Shown here piece after piece: positions 22,444-36,205 of a stretch of 64,000 nucleotides of DNA. Origin of the DNA: Octopus sinensis (Eukaryota); assembly GCF_006345805.1 (NCBI RefSeq), contig NC_043012.1:29946001-30010000 (forward strand), read 5' to 3'. Each line of letters opens with the position of its first letter. Within the stretch, counting starts at the first letter, position 1. The position numbers and the translations under genes were made by a program. The notes below the pieces were generated by a model that saw nothing but the letters and a program-made list of their open reading frames with translations, was not told the origin of the DNA and made no database searches.

Positions 22444-25400
22444 TATATGTCAAAGATGGCTGCTGCTGATCCCTGCAGGGTTTCAGTTTGCAGCTGGTTA
22501 AGAATCAGCAGACAGTGATTGCTTTCACCACTGAAACTAAAAATATATGAACAACTACAATCTGCATATGTATGAAGTATTGTCTTCTTTGTGAAACTGA
22601 TTATTATAATTATTGCAGGCTAACGAGCTGGCAGAATCGTTAGCACGCCAGGCAAAATGCTGCAAAACATTTCATCTGTCTTTTACATTTTGAGTTCAAA
22701 TGCCACTGAAGTCAACTTTGCAGTTTTTCCCTTCAGGGTCAATGTAACACTGGGGTCAATTTCATCAGCTTAACCCACTCCTCAAATTCCTGGCCTTGAG
22801 CCAAAATATGAAACCATTATTATAATTATTGTAGGGTAACAAGTTGGCAGCTTCGTTAGAGACCACTGGACACAATGCCTTGTGCTATTTCCCCCAATTT
22901 GTTATATTCTGAGTTCAAATTTCCCCAAGGGTCAACTTAGCATGTCATCCTTTTGCAGTAAGTGCCATAAGTACCACTTGAACACTGGGGTATTTCACAA
23001 AAAATCTGTTGTCCTTGTACCAAAATTTGAAACCATTATTACTGTTGTTGTCAGATGTGACCAGGGCTGGCCTTGAACAATCCTACAGTTTGTCCATAGC
23101 TAAAAATAAAAGATCCATTAAACTCACTCTTCCAGAGTTCCTTCATCTTACCTTGTGTGGTTATATAAGCATTCTTCTGCTTGTAACCATCCACAAAATT
23201 TGCATTGATGTAATCTGAATTTGGATCTCCATCCACCATTGATATCACAACTCTGGAATGGTCGTAACACAACACATCGAGGTAACGGTTCTTGGGGAGA
23301 TTGCATTTTGCTCTGAAAGAAGTAAAAAAAAGTCAAAGTTGACACAGTGTAAACGTAGGCTTGTGTGTGTGAGGTATTTGAAAAAATACTTCATCTTTCA
23401 TCTGGTTTAGAGAGATGCAGAAAGGCTCTGAGGAAGAATAAGCTGGTGCTGCAAAAGCAGGCAATGGATTAAGGCCATCAAACATACAGTCCATATAATA
23501 GGATTCTGCACAGTTTCCATTTATCCAGTTTTACTTGGGTTAACCTAGTGCTATGGTGGAAGACTTTTTGTTTTCCCCAAGGTGCCACAGAACAGGATTG
23601 AACAGAAAACATGTTTCAGGTTCAGTCCCACTGTGCAGCACTTGAAACAAATGTCTTCTACTGCAACACGGGGCTGACCAATGCCTCTCTGACTAGGTTC
23701 AAACAGAGATGTACAATGGAGGGAAGAATAAAAGTGCACTGTGGCCAGCAAGGTAGAATGACATCAGATATTCTGGTCAATAAATACAGATCCTTGGCTG
23801 TTAAATGATAATGATGATGAAATTGATGATATATATATATATATATACACACACACATACATACACATGTGTGTATGTGTATCGAGGGGGATAATTATAA
23901 TCTAGGCTATCACTTCATTAACACATTATGCAGGATCATGGCTAATGTAGAATTCCAAAACCAAAAGATCTGTAAGACTTCAATTGATAGTAAAGCAGTG
24001 CTACTCAAAGCGGTGGTCCATGAGCCATCAGCTGCCGGTACGAGTTTCCAGAAAAGAAAGAAACATTATAAAATGCTGATGTAATATTGTATTATTTGTT
24101 TACAAAATAAAGATTAAAAAATTGTCAACTTTTATTATATTCTTTATATATTTTGTTTCCGGTATAAATTAATATTAGAAAGAAATATTACCAGTCCCTG
24201 GCACATTGGAAAGAAGAAGAAAAAACTGCTGGTTGGCCAGATCAGATTGTTTGAGAAGCACTGTGCTAAAGGACAACACTGCACACCTCCAAGGCAAGAT
24301 GCAGTTGACTTGAGATAAGCACACCCGACCACAGAGAAAGATTGGGGGACGGGGGTGGAGATCAGAAGATTAAGTCAACACCATTTACAACAACAACAAC
24401 ACAAAAAGAAAGTGACAAAGGAGAAAGTACGAAAGACTTACTTTGAAACATAAAAGGTGCCAGTTGGAGATTCTGATCTAATGTTAAGGTATTCCTGGCG
24501 CAGACCCTTCTTCCTCAACTTTCTTACATGGTCAGCAAGGGTTTCTATGTCAATTCCGCTGTCATCTGCCATGTGTAAACTTTCTTCATAGGTCTGTGAA
24601 TCAAGAGAGACGGGCCGACGCTTGCACGGGTGACTAGGGTCAGTAATCGGAGACTGGTTTTCATCGACAGGCGAAAATGTATCAGATGACCGCTTTCGTG
24701 TATCAGCTGCTGCTGCAGATCGTGTGTCAGCCGAGTGCATCCTCTGGACCACCACTGGCGTTTCCTTCTCCACAATCACTTCCTTCTCTGACCGAATTCG
24801 TTGCTCTTCACCTTCTTTTTCTTTCTCTTCCTCGTTGTACTTCTCGCTGACCGTTTCTCGTGAGGTTTCCTCTGACGAGTCAAAATCACTGGCGAAGATG
24901 TTCGTCTCTGTTTCAGCAGAGTCACTCGACTGCATTGCTTCCTTCGACTCACTCACTTGCTGCAATGACTGGTTGTTGAAGTAAAAGGACATGTCGGGAT
25001 CTTGATTGGTGGCCACCAAGAAACACAGCTTGAGCCAAGTGTTGTGATTAGGCACTAGATGGCCTCCCAGTTGCTTTGGGAGGGACTCGCAAGGAATATG
25101 GAAAGGCAACTCAGATACAGCCACTGTAAAGACCTGAAATTACACAGGAAAGAAAGAAAAAGACACTTTTATTAGCAATGAGAGATCCCTGAAAACCCAA
25201 AGGGGCAATTTTAGAAGCCCCTACTGGAGAATTCTTTGTCTACATACAGGGATAGATAGGACAGATCAGTTTGGCACAATACACACCCGATCTTTGGGGA
25301 GGTTTCACACCAGCTCTTTCAACAAATTCTCCTGTTTTCTTTTAAACACACACACATACACATTTATTTATTTATTTATTACCAAGCATTGGTTTCATGC

Positions 25401-28400
25401 CAACCATTGCCTAAAGATGAAATGGTTGGAAATGCTTCCAACCATTACATCAACATTGAGTTGTCAATATTACCAAAGGCGGCAAGCTTGCAGAAATGCT
25501 TAGCGGTATTTTGTCTGCCGTTACATACTGAGTTCAAATTCAGCCTTTCATCCTTTTGGGGTCAATTAAATAAGTACCAGTGGAGTACTGGGGTCTACAT
25601 AAACGTCTCACACCCTTCTCCAAACTTGCTGGCCTTGCGCTAGAATTTGAAACCAATATTACCAAAGTGCAGTGGTCATTGTGCCACCAGTTATTTGCCA
25701 TAACCAGTTACACACTGTCTGATGAGGTAAAAATATATAACAGCTCCATTTCTTATATATGTGTATGTGTGTGTATTATATGTACAAGAAGGTGTAGCCG
25801 TGTAGTTCTGGGTTAACCATAATTGCAAAGGCAGCCAACAATTAGATGTGTGTGTGTACCCATGTCTTGATTGCAATGTGATGTTTGTAAACGAGCATCA
25901 ACAACATACAAGCAGTCTTGCTCATTTCTAGTTTTCCATGAAAAACAGGTGAAGGTCGCAGACTGGAAGGGTGTCTGGTCATAGAAAAGCTGCCTCAACG
26001 AATTCCATCTGACCCATGCAAACATGGAAAAGTGGCCTAAAGGGATGTGTGTTTATCTATCTATCAGACTGGGTATATAATACACCTCAGCCACATTCAC
26101 ACATGTATACATACACATGCACAAGTATACACACACACACATCCAACTGGAATTCTTTACAATATGACAAATTCCATTTAAAAGGAATCAATCATTTTAA
26201 GCCCAGTGAAGACACTTGCTCAAGATGGGATGCAGTGGGATTGAACACAAAACCATGTGGTTGCAAGCAAGCATCTTAACCACGATGGCCATCACTGCCT
26301 AGAAATACACAAATAAAATTAAAATGGAATCAACTGAAAAATACTGACCCGATCACGTAGTTTTTCTCGTAAAAAAAGTTGTAGAATTCTAAAAGAAGCT
26401 TTAAACCAAAGAGGAGCTGCAACAATCAACACTTTTTTTAATCGAGCTGGATAGGCACCCTGGAATATAAAAGAGAGACACAGGTGTGTGTCATTGTGGT
26501 TTTGGGAAATGAAGCAAAGCAGGCCTTGCTGTCCACTCAAGAAAGCACATAGAAAATGAGCCATGAGCTCTTGAGCAAACCGAGTCCTCAACTTTGCCAA
26601 AAGGTTTGCAAGGCTCCAGCAGGCTTCAAGAAACACATTCATGTCCAAAGAACATGATTACCGCTTTATTTTACTGAACCCTCATTTGTTGTTCACAACA
26701 GAATCAACTCATGCCAGCATAGACAGCAAACGTTAAACAATGATAATGATTATATATACACACATATAAATGTGTGTGTGTTTTGTTATCATTCTGACCA
26801 TATTCAGCACAAAAATTTTATTTTTTAAAGTTCAAACTGGCCATATCTAACCTCTCACACCCACCCTACTACATCATTCTAAAACAACAAACAATCGCAT
26901 CACTGAAATCTTAAAGTCAGAAGATAATGCAGGACTAATTCTGACTAAAGTGAATGAATAAATGTGACATTTGATTGGGGAATTAGAATACTAAAAAGTT
27001 AATGCTCCAACATATAAAGGCACATAGCTCAGTGGTTAGTGAGTTCAATTCCTGGACCAAGCTGTGTGTTCTTGAGCAAGACACTTTATTTCACATTGCT
27101 CCAGTTCTCTCAGCTGCAGAAAGGAGTCGCGATGTCACTGGTGCCAAGCTGTATTGGCCTTTGCCTTTCCTTTGGATTACATCGGTGGCGTGGAGAGGGG
27201 AGTTTGGTATGCATGTGCAACTAATGGTCCTTTATAGATAATCTTGTCCGAACTTGTGCCCCAGAGGGGAACTTTCTAAGTGCAATCCGAGGGTCATTTA
27301 TGACCAATGAGGGTCTTTACTCTTACTTTTAAGTTTTCCATGCAAGACTGACATAAAAACTTTGTTTCTAATACCTTAAAACCAAATAATGGGGGAAAGG
27401 GGTTAAAACAATTATATTAATCCCAGCCTGTAACTGCTTGCTGGTGCCATGTAAATGGCACCCGTGTCACTGCCGGTGCCATTTAATGGCATGTAAAAGC
27501 ACCCATTACACTTCTGAAGTGGTTGGCATTAGGAAGGGCATCCAACTGTAGAAACCCTGCCAAATCAGACTGGAACCTGGTGCAGCTTCATTCAAATCAT
27601 CCGACCCATGCCAGCATAGACAGCAAATGTTAAACGACGACGACGATGATTCCTAGGAAGTATAAAAGGAAAGCTCAACTCCAGTAGGATTTGAACTCAG
27701 AACATAAAATGTCGGAACAAATATTGCAAATCAGTTTGTTTAATGCTCCAATAATACTCAGAACACCATGAACCGTAGGCTTAAGAGACTGAACTAGATT
27801 TTTAAGTATCCTTAAAAAGCAGCAAATATTCTTAAAAGGCTACCCATACCACTACTCCCCATGACCACCACTACTACCAACCATGTCATCATTCAGACTA
27901 CCACCACCACCATCAATTTATCAAGTTTAAACAAAACTAAGCCAAACAAGATAGTCAAACGCCAGCAGCTGTCAACACACAATAACTTACCTTTAACATA
28001 TTAAGAATCTTGATACTGAGATTGTAATCGAAGTTGCCATATTTGGAATCAGTCATGTCATAAATAAAGACCAGGCCATGTTTTTGGGTTTCAAAACTGC
28101 AAAAGAAAACATTATGTACATTAATATAACTGAATAACAATAATAATCTTTTCTACTATCGGCACAAAGCCTGAAATTTTGAGGGAAGCGGGGAGGGCTA
28201 GTCCCCCCCCCCCGTATTTGACTGGCACTGATTTTATTTTATTAACCCCGAGAGGATGAAAAGTGAAGCTGACCTTGGCAGAATTTGAACTCAAAACATA
28301 CAGATGAAATGCTGCTAAGCATTTTGTCTGGCATGTTTATAATTCTGTCAGTTCACCATTATAATAATAATAATCCTTTTTACTATAAGCACAAAGCCTG

Positions 28401-31400
28401 GAATTTTGGAGGAGGGGGCTAGTTGATTACATCGACCCCAGTATTTCACTGGTACTTAATTTATCGACCCCGAAAGGATGAAAAGCAAAGTCAACCCAGG
28501 CAGAATTTGAACTCAGAACACAGCAACAGGTGAAATACCACCAAGCATTTCATGTGTGCGAATGATTCTGCCAGATTGTTGCCTTAATAATAACAACAAC
28601 AATAATAATAATTTCTGTACAATGGCAAAAAACAAAGAAAAACAACAAAACAGGAAACAGTAGGAAATTGAGTAAAAGAGACAAACTAAATAAATATCAA
28701 TAACAGAATGGAAGCACAAAATAAGACAGGGTCTCTGAAAGGGGTGGGCAACCACATGGTGATTAGGAACACACTCTTCATACACACACACACACACACT
28801 AAATCTCAGATTACTAGGTTACACCAAAGGTTAAGGGCCTTTTTCCAGTTCTTGCTCCCAACCTATAGCAGTAAAGTTAAAGGAGGTCCATTTAGCAACA
28901 CCAGTTTGGTCACTCTCACTGAAGTCTAACACAACCCTCTCTTACTGGAGTGTAATCTCTCTCTTTCCTCGTCTTATTTTACGTTGATTAGTAAAAAAGA
29001 AAAAAACCTTTCTTCTCAAACCTTTCAATTGCATCTGCAAACTTTTGGCCTTATCCACCCTCTTAAGAGCAGCTAGCCACCCTTCCTTGCCTGGAGAAAG
29101 GTGATACTGTCAGTCTTAAATACATTACGTCAATAACCAAATCCATTATACTTAATAAAATTATTTTTTCTAACATGAACAAGGCTACAAATCTAGTTGA
29201 GTATAATAGGGATGCAGTCTGTTGAATTTAGTGTAGTAGAGTGTAGTCTATTCAATTTATAGTAACATAGGCATGTTGCTTAGCAGTTAGAGTATGGGCT
29301 CACAATCATGACATCGTAGGTTCAATTCTTGGATTGGGAAGCATGTTGTTCCCTTCTTCATTTTCCACTGCCTCAGTCTACTCAGCTGAAAATGACTCCC
29401 AGGGACTTCCATGAGTTAACAGACTAGAGTCCTACTGAGAATGGAACTTGGTACTCACTCAGATTCCTAAAGGCTCAAAGCAGAGTTCTTGGGGTCCTGC
29501 AGCCAATTAGTCCTTTAGTTATCATATTTCTATTGGAATACAGAGTGTGTGTTCCAATCAATTTTGGATACAGCAAAGAATCCCTGTTGTTATTAAGACA
29601 GTGTTTGGAACATAGACTATCACAATATTTGGATGAAAGGGTTTCATTTAGATCACTTTCAAAGAGAAGGTTTATCATAAAACCAACGCCAGTCTCAAAT
29701 AGTTTGGTATCAAAAATCAAAAGGGGTCAAACTGACCCTGTATTTAACTGGTATATATTATACTGACTCCTTGCCTCTCCCCCAAAAGGACGAAGGAGTA
29801 AAGACACTCCTTTACAAGTTTTGAAACCAGAATGTCTACGGACATCAAGCAACAAGAATGGACAGCATTTTGCATAATCGTTCCTGTCCACAAATTCTCA
29901 ATCACCATTAATCATTGCCAGGGACAACATCAAAAGTTCAAACTTTACACAAACAACAGGGCAGTGGCAGCACCATCACACAAGTAATGCAGAGGGAACA
30001 GGTTCAATGTGCAATGAAGTGCAACACAGTGAAAGGTAAAAAGTGTCAACGTTTGCACAACAACAAAGTTTGGCTATTTTAAAAAATTTATTTATATATT
30101 TATTTGAATTATTATTATTATTTTTTAGTTATTTTCCAGTCTTACCTTTCTAAAGCAGCATCCAACTGATAAATTAGCGCCTTGAGAACATTCTGGTGAG
30201 AAGTGAGGGTAGGAAAGTGATATCGTGCAGTGAAAAGGGCTATGGCAGCTCCACCACTATCACGGCCACCCTAGGTGTTTAGAAAGAAAGAAATAAAGAA
30301 AAAGAAAAGAAAAAGGAAAAAAAAAGAAAAAATTGGAACAAAGTAACGGAATAAAACGGATTAAAAGAGCAGACATAGGAAACAAAATTTAAAAGACGTA
30401 TACATACACATATATGCACACACACACACACATATACATTTGTATGTACATGCATATATGCATTTGTATACACACATACACACACACACAGATACAAATA
30501 TGTATGTGTACACATATACAAGTATATATATATATCTACACATATGTATAGCTTTATTCATGTATGTATGGATACACACACATATATACAGGTGTATGTA
30601 TATATACAAAAAAACATCTATACACATACATACATATGGAGGCAAATAATACACACACACATATATAAATATATGTGCACACACACACATGCACGCACAT
30701 ACACGCAAATATAAGTGAAAACAAATATTTATATGAAATTGGGTGAGAGGAAAATGGTAACATGCATTAATGTCTGATAAATTAAGTGACTGAATGACAA
30801 CAACAAGAACAAAAATGATAATAATAATAATAATAATAATAATAAACAGAAAAAAAAATTGATTCTGGGGCTACGAAGGAAAGCTTTCGCCTGCAACAGT
30901 TGCTATGGCAAATGTGATACTGATGGATTTTAGGAATGGAACTTGTGTGTGTTCTATATGGTGAATGTGATGATTGTAATGGTGACAATGATGGTACTGG
31001 TAATAAAAATGATCTTGATGGTTATGGGGGCAGTGATGATGATGATGATGATGACCACTTCAGCTCATAAATGGAATGAAAAGAAAAATGCATTATAGGC
31101 CCTGCTTATTCCAGTTTTTTCGTCTGACAATAACAGCAGCCAACACCACTGCATCCATGTCCAACATCCGTCTCTACTCCACACACAATCAAGCAAAGAT
31201 GCTGATGACTGCTTGTAGCCATCCCACTACAATTTGCTAACCCCCCCCCTAACACTGCTGCCTGCAAAACACAATCGTGACAAACCTCAATGGTCAACTG
31301 ACAACTGGAACTTAGCTCTGGTTTCATGCAAAAAGAGCTTTCTTCTCCTGCAATTAACCTCCTGCCTCTGATCACGTTAGCAAAAGGACAGTTTCTATGG

Positions 31401-32013
31401 GGTCATCTTGATAACTGTAAAGAAGTGAGGGGATGGATTTGGGTTAGGGGTAGTAAATGATCTAATAACCCTTTCCAATAGTATTTCTGGTAACCTTTCA
31501 GCCCCGTCATGTACCAGTTGGGTGAACATGCAATCCAGAAACATTCCAGACTCATCAAGGAACTTGACAAGGCAACTAAAGGACTGTGAAGACAAAGTCC
31601 TACCATTCAACATAGACATGTGTTAGCAATCTCAGGAAAAAAGGGTTACATAGACTCAGATACAAAACAATCTGGGGAAGGAACGTATGGAAGCAGAGAG
31701 ATCCTGCAGCAGGATGAGGGTTTAAAGTACTAGTTATTGATGATGATGATGAAAAGGAGGAGGAAATAGAGACAAAAGATGACTGGGAACTTGTGACAAC
31801 CTGCTCAAAGCCAAAGAGCAGATTTCTGGATGAGACTGCCAGCAATAAGATGACTTGATGTTGGAATGGCACTGGGGACAGACAGAACCATAAATGCTAA
31901 AAGACAGGTCTAGAAAGATTGGGAGAGAGTGAAGAGCAAGGATTAAAATCAGATTACTAGAAGATATGCTAGACGTGAGATATATACATATATGCATATA
32001 TATATATATATGC

Positions 32014-32080
<67 letters not shown>

Positions 32081-35000
32081 CATATATAGAGACACGAGAC
32101 AGATAGACAAACCATCAACACAAGGAAAAGGGATGGACCACGCACCACCTGCCCCAAAACGGAGGTACGCAGATGTGGTGCGTGCCACAAACCGCCAACA
32201 TGATGTTGTTGAAAGGGCAGCTGCTGAGCAGCAATCTTTTTTGTGCATGGCACAAAAGATTGTACAGCAGCTGACCTGGCTTCATCAAACCCAAGCTCGC
32301 AGGTGGGACTACCCACTATATACAAGACCACAACAGCAAACAGGATGGACACCGCCGGCAACAACATACACCTCACCTCGATGCTCCTACTGAACATCAG
32401 AGGACTGCAACCACTCGGTAACAGGACAAAAATCCCGTTCTTGAGAGACTTTGTTGCATGCAATCAAGCCTTATGCATAGCACTTACGGAAACGCACCTG
32501 AAACCGGACATAGCAGATGCGGAGTTACACATACCACAGTATGTTGTACTACGGACCGACAGAAAAGAAAGGAGTCATGGAGGAGTTGCTATGTACATCC
32601 GTGAGGACCTCACACCCCAGGTCCTCTTGTCATACTCAAACTCGGTGTGTGACACACTAATTGTACATATAAGGCAACTTGATGTAGTTGTGTGTGCTAC
32701 ATATCGCCCTCCAGATGCCCCAAGCCATGTGGGCAAGTTTGAAGACTGCCTTATAAAAATAGAAGAAGTTCTAATCACATTAGAACAACACATAAGTGTA
32801 CTTCTTATGGGAGACTTCAATCTACCCAATGTCAGATGGCCCGAGGGCCTTTCTCTCCCAGGAATGACAAGATGTGAACGAAGACAGGCGAGGTCCCTCC
32901 TGAACCTCATCAACACCCTGTACATGGAGCAAGTAATACTCCAACCAACCAGGGCAGGTAACACACTGGATCTCTGCTTCACAAATGACATGGATCTCAT
33001 CCATAATGTGAAAGTGACACCGACACTACTCTCGGATCACAACATGGTAGAGCTGACCATGTACGGGCCAAAAGAGAGCACGGACATGCAGCCTACAAGA
33101 AACCCTCAGAATCTTTCCAGCTTGAACTACCATAAGGCAAACTGGAAACAAATTGAGAAAGAGATCCTCAAACAAAACTGGCCTAAATGTCTCTCCTCGC
33201 CAGACATCGACGTGAAACTTCAACAATTCATGTCTGTAATGCAAACCATATGCTACAAATGTGTCCCAGAGAGAAAGGCCACTGTACACAAGAACAAAAT
33301 CCCCAGAGAGAGGAAAATTTTAATGAGACGGCGTACAAAAATTTCATATCGCCTAAACAAACAGATTGAAAGCAGTGAAAAGTCCCGCCTAAAAATAAAA
33401 CTTTTGGAAATTGAAAAATGTCTGCAACTCTCCCATGAAAAGGAAAGAGCAGACAAAGAAGCCTGGGCTATAGACAACATAAAATCTAACCCCAGAGCTT
33501 TCTACAGGTATGCCAAAGAAACAGCTACGGTGCACTGTAGAATAGGGCCACTCCTTGAAAAGGATGGCACACTTACAGGAAAACCAATGAGGGTAAGTGA
33601 AATACTGAACGAGCAATTCAAGAGTGTTTTCACTCCACCCCTTGGGCATCTCCAAATCACCAATCCAACTGACTTCTTTACCACTGCAGATATAAAATCA
33701 GAGGCGGCGACGATAGATTACATCGATATAAAGGAAGACGATGTAATAAAGGCTATAGATGAAATGAAAACAGACTCAGCTACTGGCCCCGATGGATTCC
33801 CGGCAATCCTCCTAAAAGCATGTAAGAGAGTCCTAGCAAGACCACTGCAGTTCTTCTTTCAGAGCTTCCTTGCAGCTGGCAAACTTCCAGGAAAACTGAA
33901 GGAAGGTAAAATATGCCCCATTCATAAAGGAGGCAGCAGAGCGGAGGCCAAGAACTACAGACCTATCTCTCTGACCTCACACATCAGCAAGGTCATGGAA
34001 CGAATAGTCAGAAGGAAACTGATCACCTTCCTTGAAGAAAATGACTTGCTGCCCGACACCCAACATGGTTTCCGACCAGGGAGAAGCTGTTTAACTCAGC
34101 TCCTACAACACTATGACTGGGTGCTGAAACGGCTGCTCAACCACTCAAATGTGGAAGTGATATATCTCGACTTTGCAAAGGCCTTTGATAAAGTCGATCA
34201 TGGAATGATATGTCACAAACTGCGTGATCTCAACATAGTTGCAAAACTGGGAGAATGGCTTCATGACTTTCTGAAAGATAGAAGTCAGGTGGTAGTGGCC
34301 AATGGGGCCACTTCCATTAACACGCAAATAGTGAGCGGTGTTCCGCAGGGCACTGTTCTGGGTCCACGACTGTTCATAATGGCCCTCTCAGACATGCCCT
34401 CAGCCACGCAGAGAGCCACGATCACAAGTTATGCAGATGATACAAAAGTTTCACAGGCAATACAGAACCCTGAGGACACTAAACACCTGCAATGTGAGCT
34501 GGACGAAATATACAAGTGGGCTGAAAAGAATAGCATGCAGTTCAATGCTGGAAAGTTTTAAGCTTTATACTATCAGCATGCAAAACTAAATGCAATACCC
34601 AATGAATACACTGGACCCGGAGGAATAGCAATCCCAGAGGCACAATCAGTGCGTGACCTGGGTATTTACATGAGTGATGATGCAACCTTTCGTGTACATG
34701 TTGCTAAATTGGCAATGAAATGTAGACGACTGGCCGGATGGATTCTCAGAACCTTTAGAACAAGAGAACAAGAAACCATGATGGTCCTCTGGAGGACACT
34801 TGTCCTAAGCCACTTTGACTATTGCTCTCAGTTATGGTCACCATCCAGTGTCAAGTTGATCACAGAGCTCGAGGCGATCCAGCGTAGCTACACGAAGAAG
34901 ATAGCCTCTATGCAGAATGTAAGCTACTGGGAAAGACTCAAGAGATTAAAACTATATTCCTTGGAGCGTAGGCGGGAAAGATATGCCATAATATACATCT

Positions 35001-36164
35001 GGAAGATCCTGGAGGGACGTGTCCCAAACTTTGGCATCGAGAGTTACACAAATGCCAGAACTGGGTGCCACTGCGTGGTGCCTAGGACTCCAAATTTGCC
35101 ATCAAGATGTAGGACAAGATACTGTGATAGCCTGGGCTTCCGAGGCCCACAGCTCTTCAATATCCTCCCGAAGAACCTGAGAGACCTGCATGGGGTGGAT
35201 GCAGATGTCTTTAAAATGGAACTGGATCTCTTCCTGTCAGGTGTCCCAGATGAACCAACTTCACGGCAGGAGGTGCAGATGAGGGCAGCTGCATCGAACT
35301 CTCTCATGCACCAAATGGCAGTTGCTAAAAAGCTTTCGTGAAGTAAAACCAAGTAGCAACACCAAATGGTGGTGCCCCAACATGGCCACAGCTCATGAGC
35401 TGAAACTAGAATCAATCAATCAATCAATCATAAGTTCCATTGTCTAAAGTCGTAAGACACACGCTGTTTTAAATTTTATTTTTGTTTTTTGTATTTATAT
35501 TCGTATGGCATCGTCCGCCTTTCTGTCCCTGTTTCATATACATTCGATCCTCTTTCCAGGAAATCTAATGCTCGCAGCTTAGTTTTTCCTAGGGGCTAGC
35601 CAGATCTGAGCGAATCTCAGGATTAATTAGCCGAAATTTGCTAGGACGATCCAGTTCCTGACTGAAGATTAGAGGCTTCGAATGACCCGTCCGTTTTTTG
35701 TGTCGTCTCTTTGTGTTTTTTACGTTCTTGTCCAATTTTTATACATATAAATACATAGATACACATATATACATATATAAATATATACATATATAAACAT
35801 ATCTACATATATATACATATATATACATAAACATATATACATATATATACATAAACATATATACATATATATACATAAACATATATAAATATATACATAT
35901 ATATATACATATAAACATATATACATATAAACATATATATATACATATATATATATACATATATATATATACATACATATATATATATACATACATATAT
36001 ATATATATACATACATATAAATATATACATATATATATATAGACATACATATATATATAATATATAAATATACATATATATATATAGACATACATATATA
36101 TACATATATAAATATACATATATATATATAGACATACATATATATACATATATAAATATACATA

Positions 36165-36205
<41 letters not shown>

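Noticed and set aside
29475-29720. GVGFMIN-containing ORF, possibly a LINE endonuclease relic
   Set aside because: Only one short motif matches; too decayed to support
35655-35690. CTGAAGA...CGAAT hammerhead-like string
   Set aside because: No stem II or stem I pairing, and the GAAA core is broken
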